A stretch of DNA of 64,000 nucleotides from Octopus sinensis (lineage: Eukaryota), in assembly GCF_006345805.1 (NCBI RefSeq), contig NC_043014.1, positions 29,760,001 through 29,824,000 on the forward strand, read 5' to 3'. Below are positions 62,888 through 64,000 of this stretch, piece by piece. Every line of letters starts with the position of its first letter. The first letter of the stretch is position 1. Below the pieces are notes generated by a model. The model saw only the letters and a program-made list of their open reading frames with translations. It was not told where the DNA came from and searched no databases. The position numbers and the translations under genes were made by a program.

Positions 62888-64000
62888 TCATCATCATTTA
62901 ACGTCCGTTATCCATGCTGGCATGGGTTAGACGGTTTGACCAGTCTGATTTGGCATGGTTTCTATGGCTTGATGCCCTTCCTAATGCCAACAACTCTGAG
63001 AGTGTAATGGGTGCTTTTGTGTGCCACCAGCGCAGTTGCCAGTTACATGACACCAGTATATGCCATGACTATGATTTCACTTGGTTTGATGGGTCTTCAA
63101 CTCAAGCACAGCTTATTGCTGAAGGTCTAAGTCATTTGTCATTGCCTCTGTGACCAGTGCTCGAAAGGTGCTTTTTACATGCTGCTAACACAGGTGTTAG
63201 TTATGCGACACTAGCACAGGTGCTAATTATGTGACACCAGCATCAGCCACCTTGATTTCACCTGGCTTGACATGTCTTCTCAAGCACAGCATATTGCCAA
63301 AGGTCTCGGTCACTAGTCATTGCCTCCATGAGGCCCAATGTTCAAAGATCAAGCTTCACCACTTCGTCCCATATCTTCCTAGGTCTACCTCTTCCACAGA
63401 TTCCCTCCACAGTTAGAGATGGGCACTTCTTTACACAGCTGCCCTTGTCTATATGCATCACATGACCATACCAGCACAGTCATCTCTTGCACACCACATC
63501 TGATGCCTCTTATGCCCAACTTTTCTCTCAAGACATTTACACTCTGTTGTACATACGCACTCACATTGCACATCCAGTGAAATATACTAGCTTCATTTCT
63601 TTCAAGCCTATGCATGGCTGTTTGCACATGGGCATCATACAGTCTGTCTTTCACTTTATTGCCAACAGAGGTAGATGGTCTCTGAACTTTGCCCAGCCTA
63701 TCCCTATCCTTGCAGTTACGTTCTCAGAGCATCCACTTCCACTACTGACTTGGGCATCTAGATAACAGAAGCTATCAACTCCCTCTAGCTTACCCTTTGG
63801 CATTTGATGGAGTCTATTTTCTGTACATTTTTAGTTTTTATTGTACCTGTGCACCTTCCATACACAAAACTATTTTCTCAGTTAACCTACCTCTGATATT
63901 GCTGCACTTCTTATGTGTCTATAGCTTGCACTGGGTACATCTTATGGAATTTCTACCTACACCTTTCCTACAGCTCAAGCAGGGCCATTCGATTCCAGAC
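62888..64000 (-). mobile_element. RTE LINE 3' portion, runs to window end
   Basis: (CAT)n tail at 62888, 3' UTR modules, and ORF 63385-63654 RLYDAHVQTAMHR..LREKLGIRGIRCGVQE. Confidence 0.85.

Overview
AT-rich eukaryotic genomic DNA, most likely from an octopus (coleoid cephalopod). This is inferred from OR-type SINEs, RTE tails ending in (ATG)n, huge (TA)/(TATG) arrays and a divergent 18S rDNA fragment. No host protein-coding gene could be identified. There are only a few isolated splice-site-bounded candidate exons, mostly on the + strand, so the window looks intronic or intergenic. It is dominated by decayed or truncated mobile elements: many RTE LINE pieces, a near full-length CR1-group LINE with two ORFs and further copies, R4/Dong-like and CRE-like restriction-endonuclease LINE relics, two Penelope-like (RT/GIY-YIG) relics, three mariner relics, Helitron-type elements, tRNA-derived SINEs and MITE/foldback elements. 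There is one 100-N assembly gap. Most long ORFs in the supplied track are translation artefacts of microsatellites. The most notable observations are minimal hammerhead-ribozyme motifs (one near canonical, at 26634-26671), a LINE ORF1 combining a trihelix/Myb-SANT-like domain with a CCCH finger, an RTE copy with a twin-priming-like 5' inversion and three C-terminal zinc fingers, a shared SINE/LINE 3' tail, a nested TIR element with an 8-bp target duplication inside a foldback element, and an orphan 18S rRNA fragment. All family calls come from motif recognition by eye; no database search was run.
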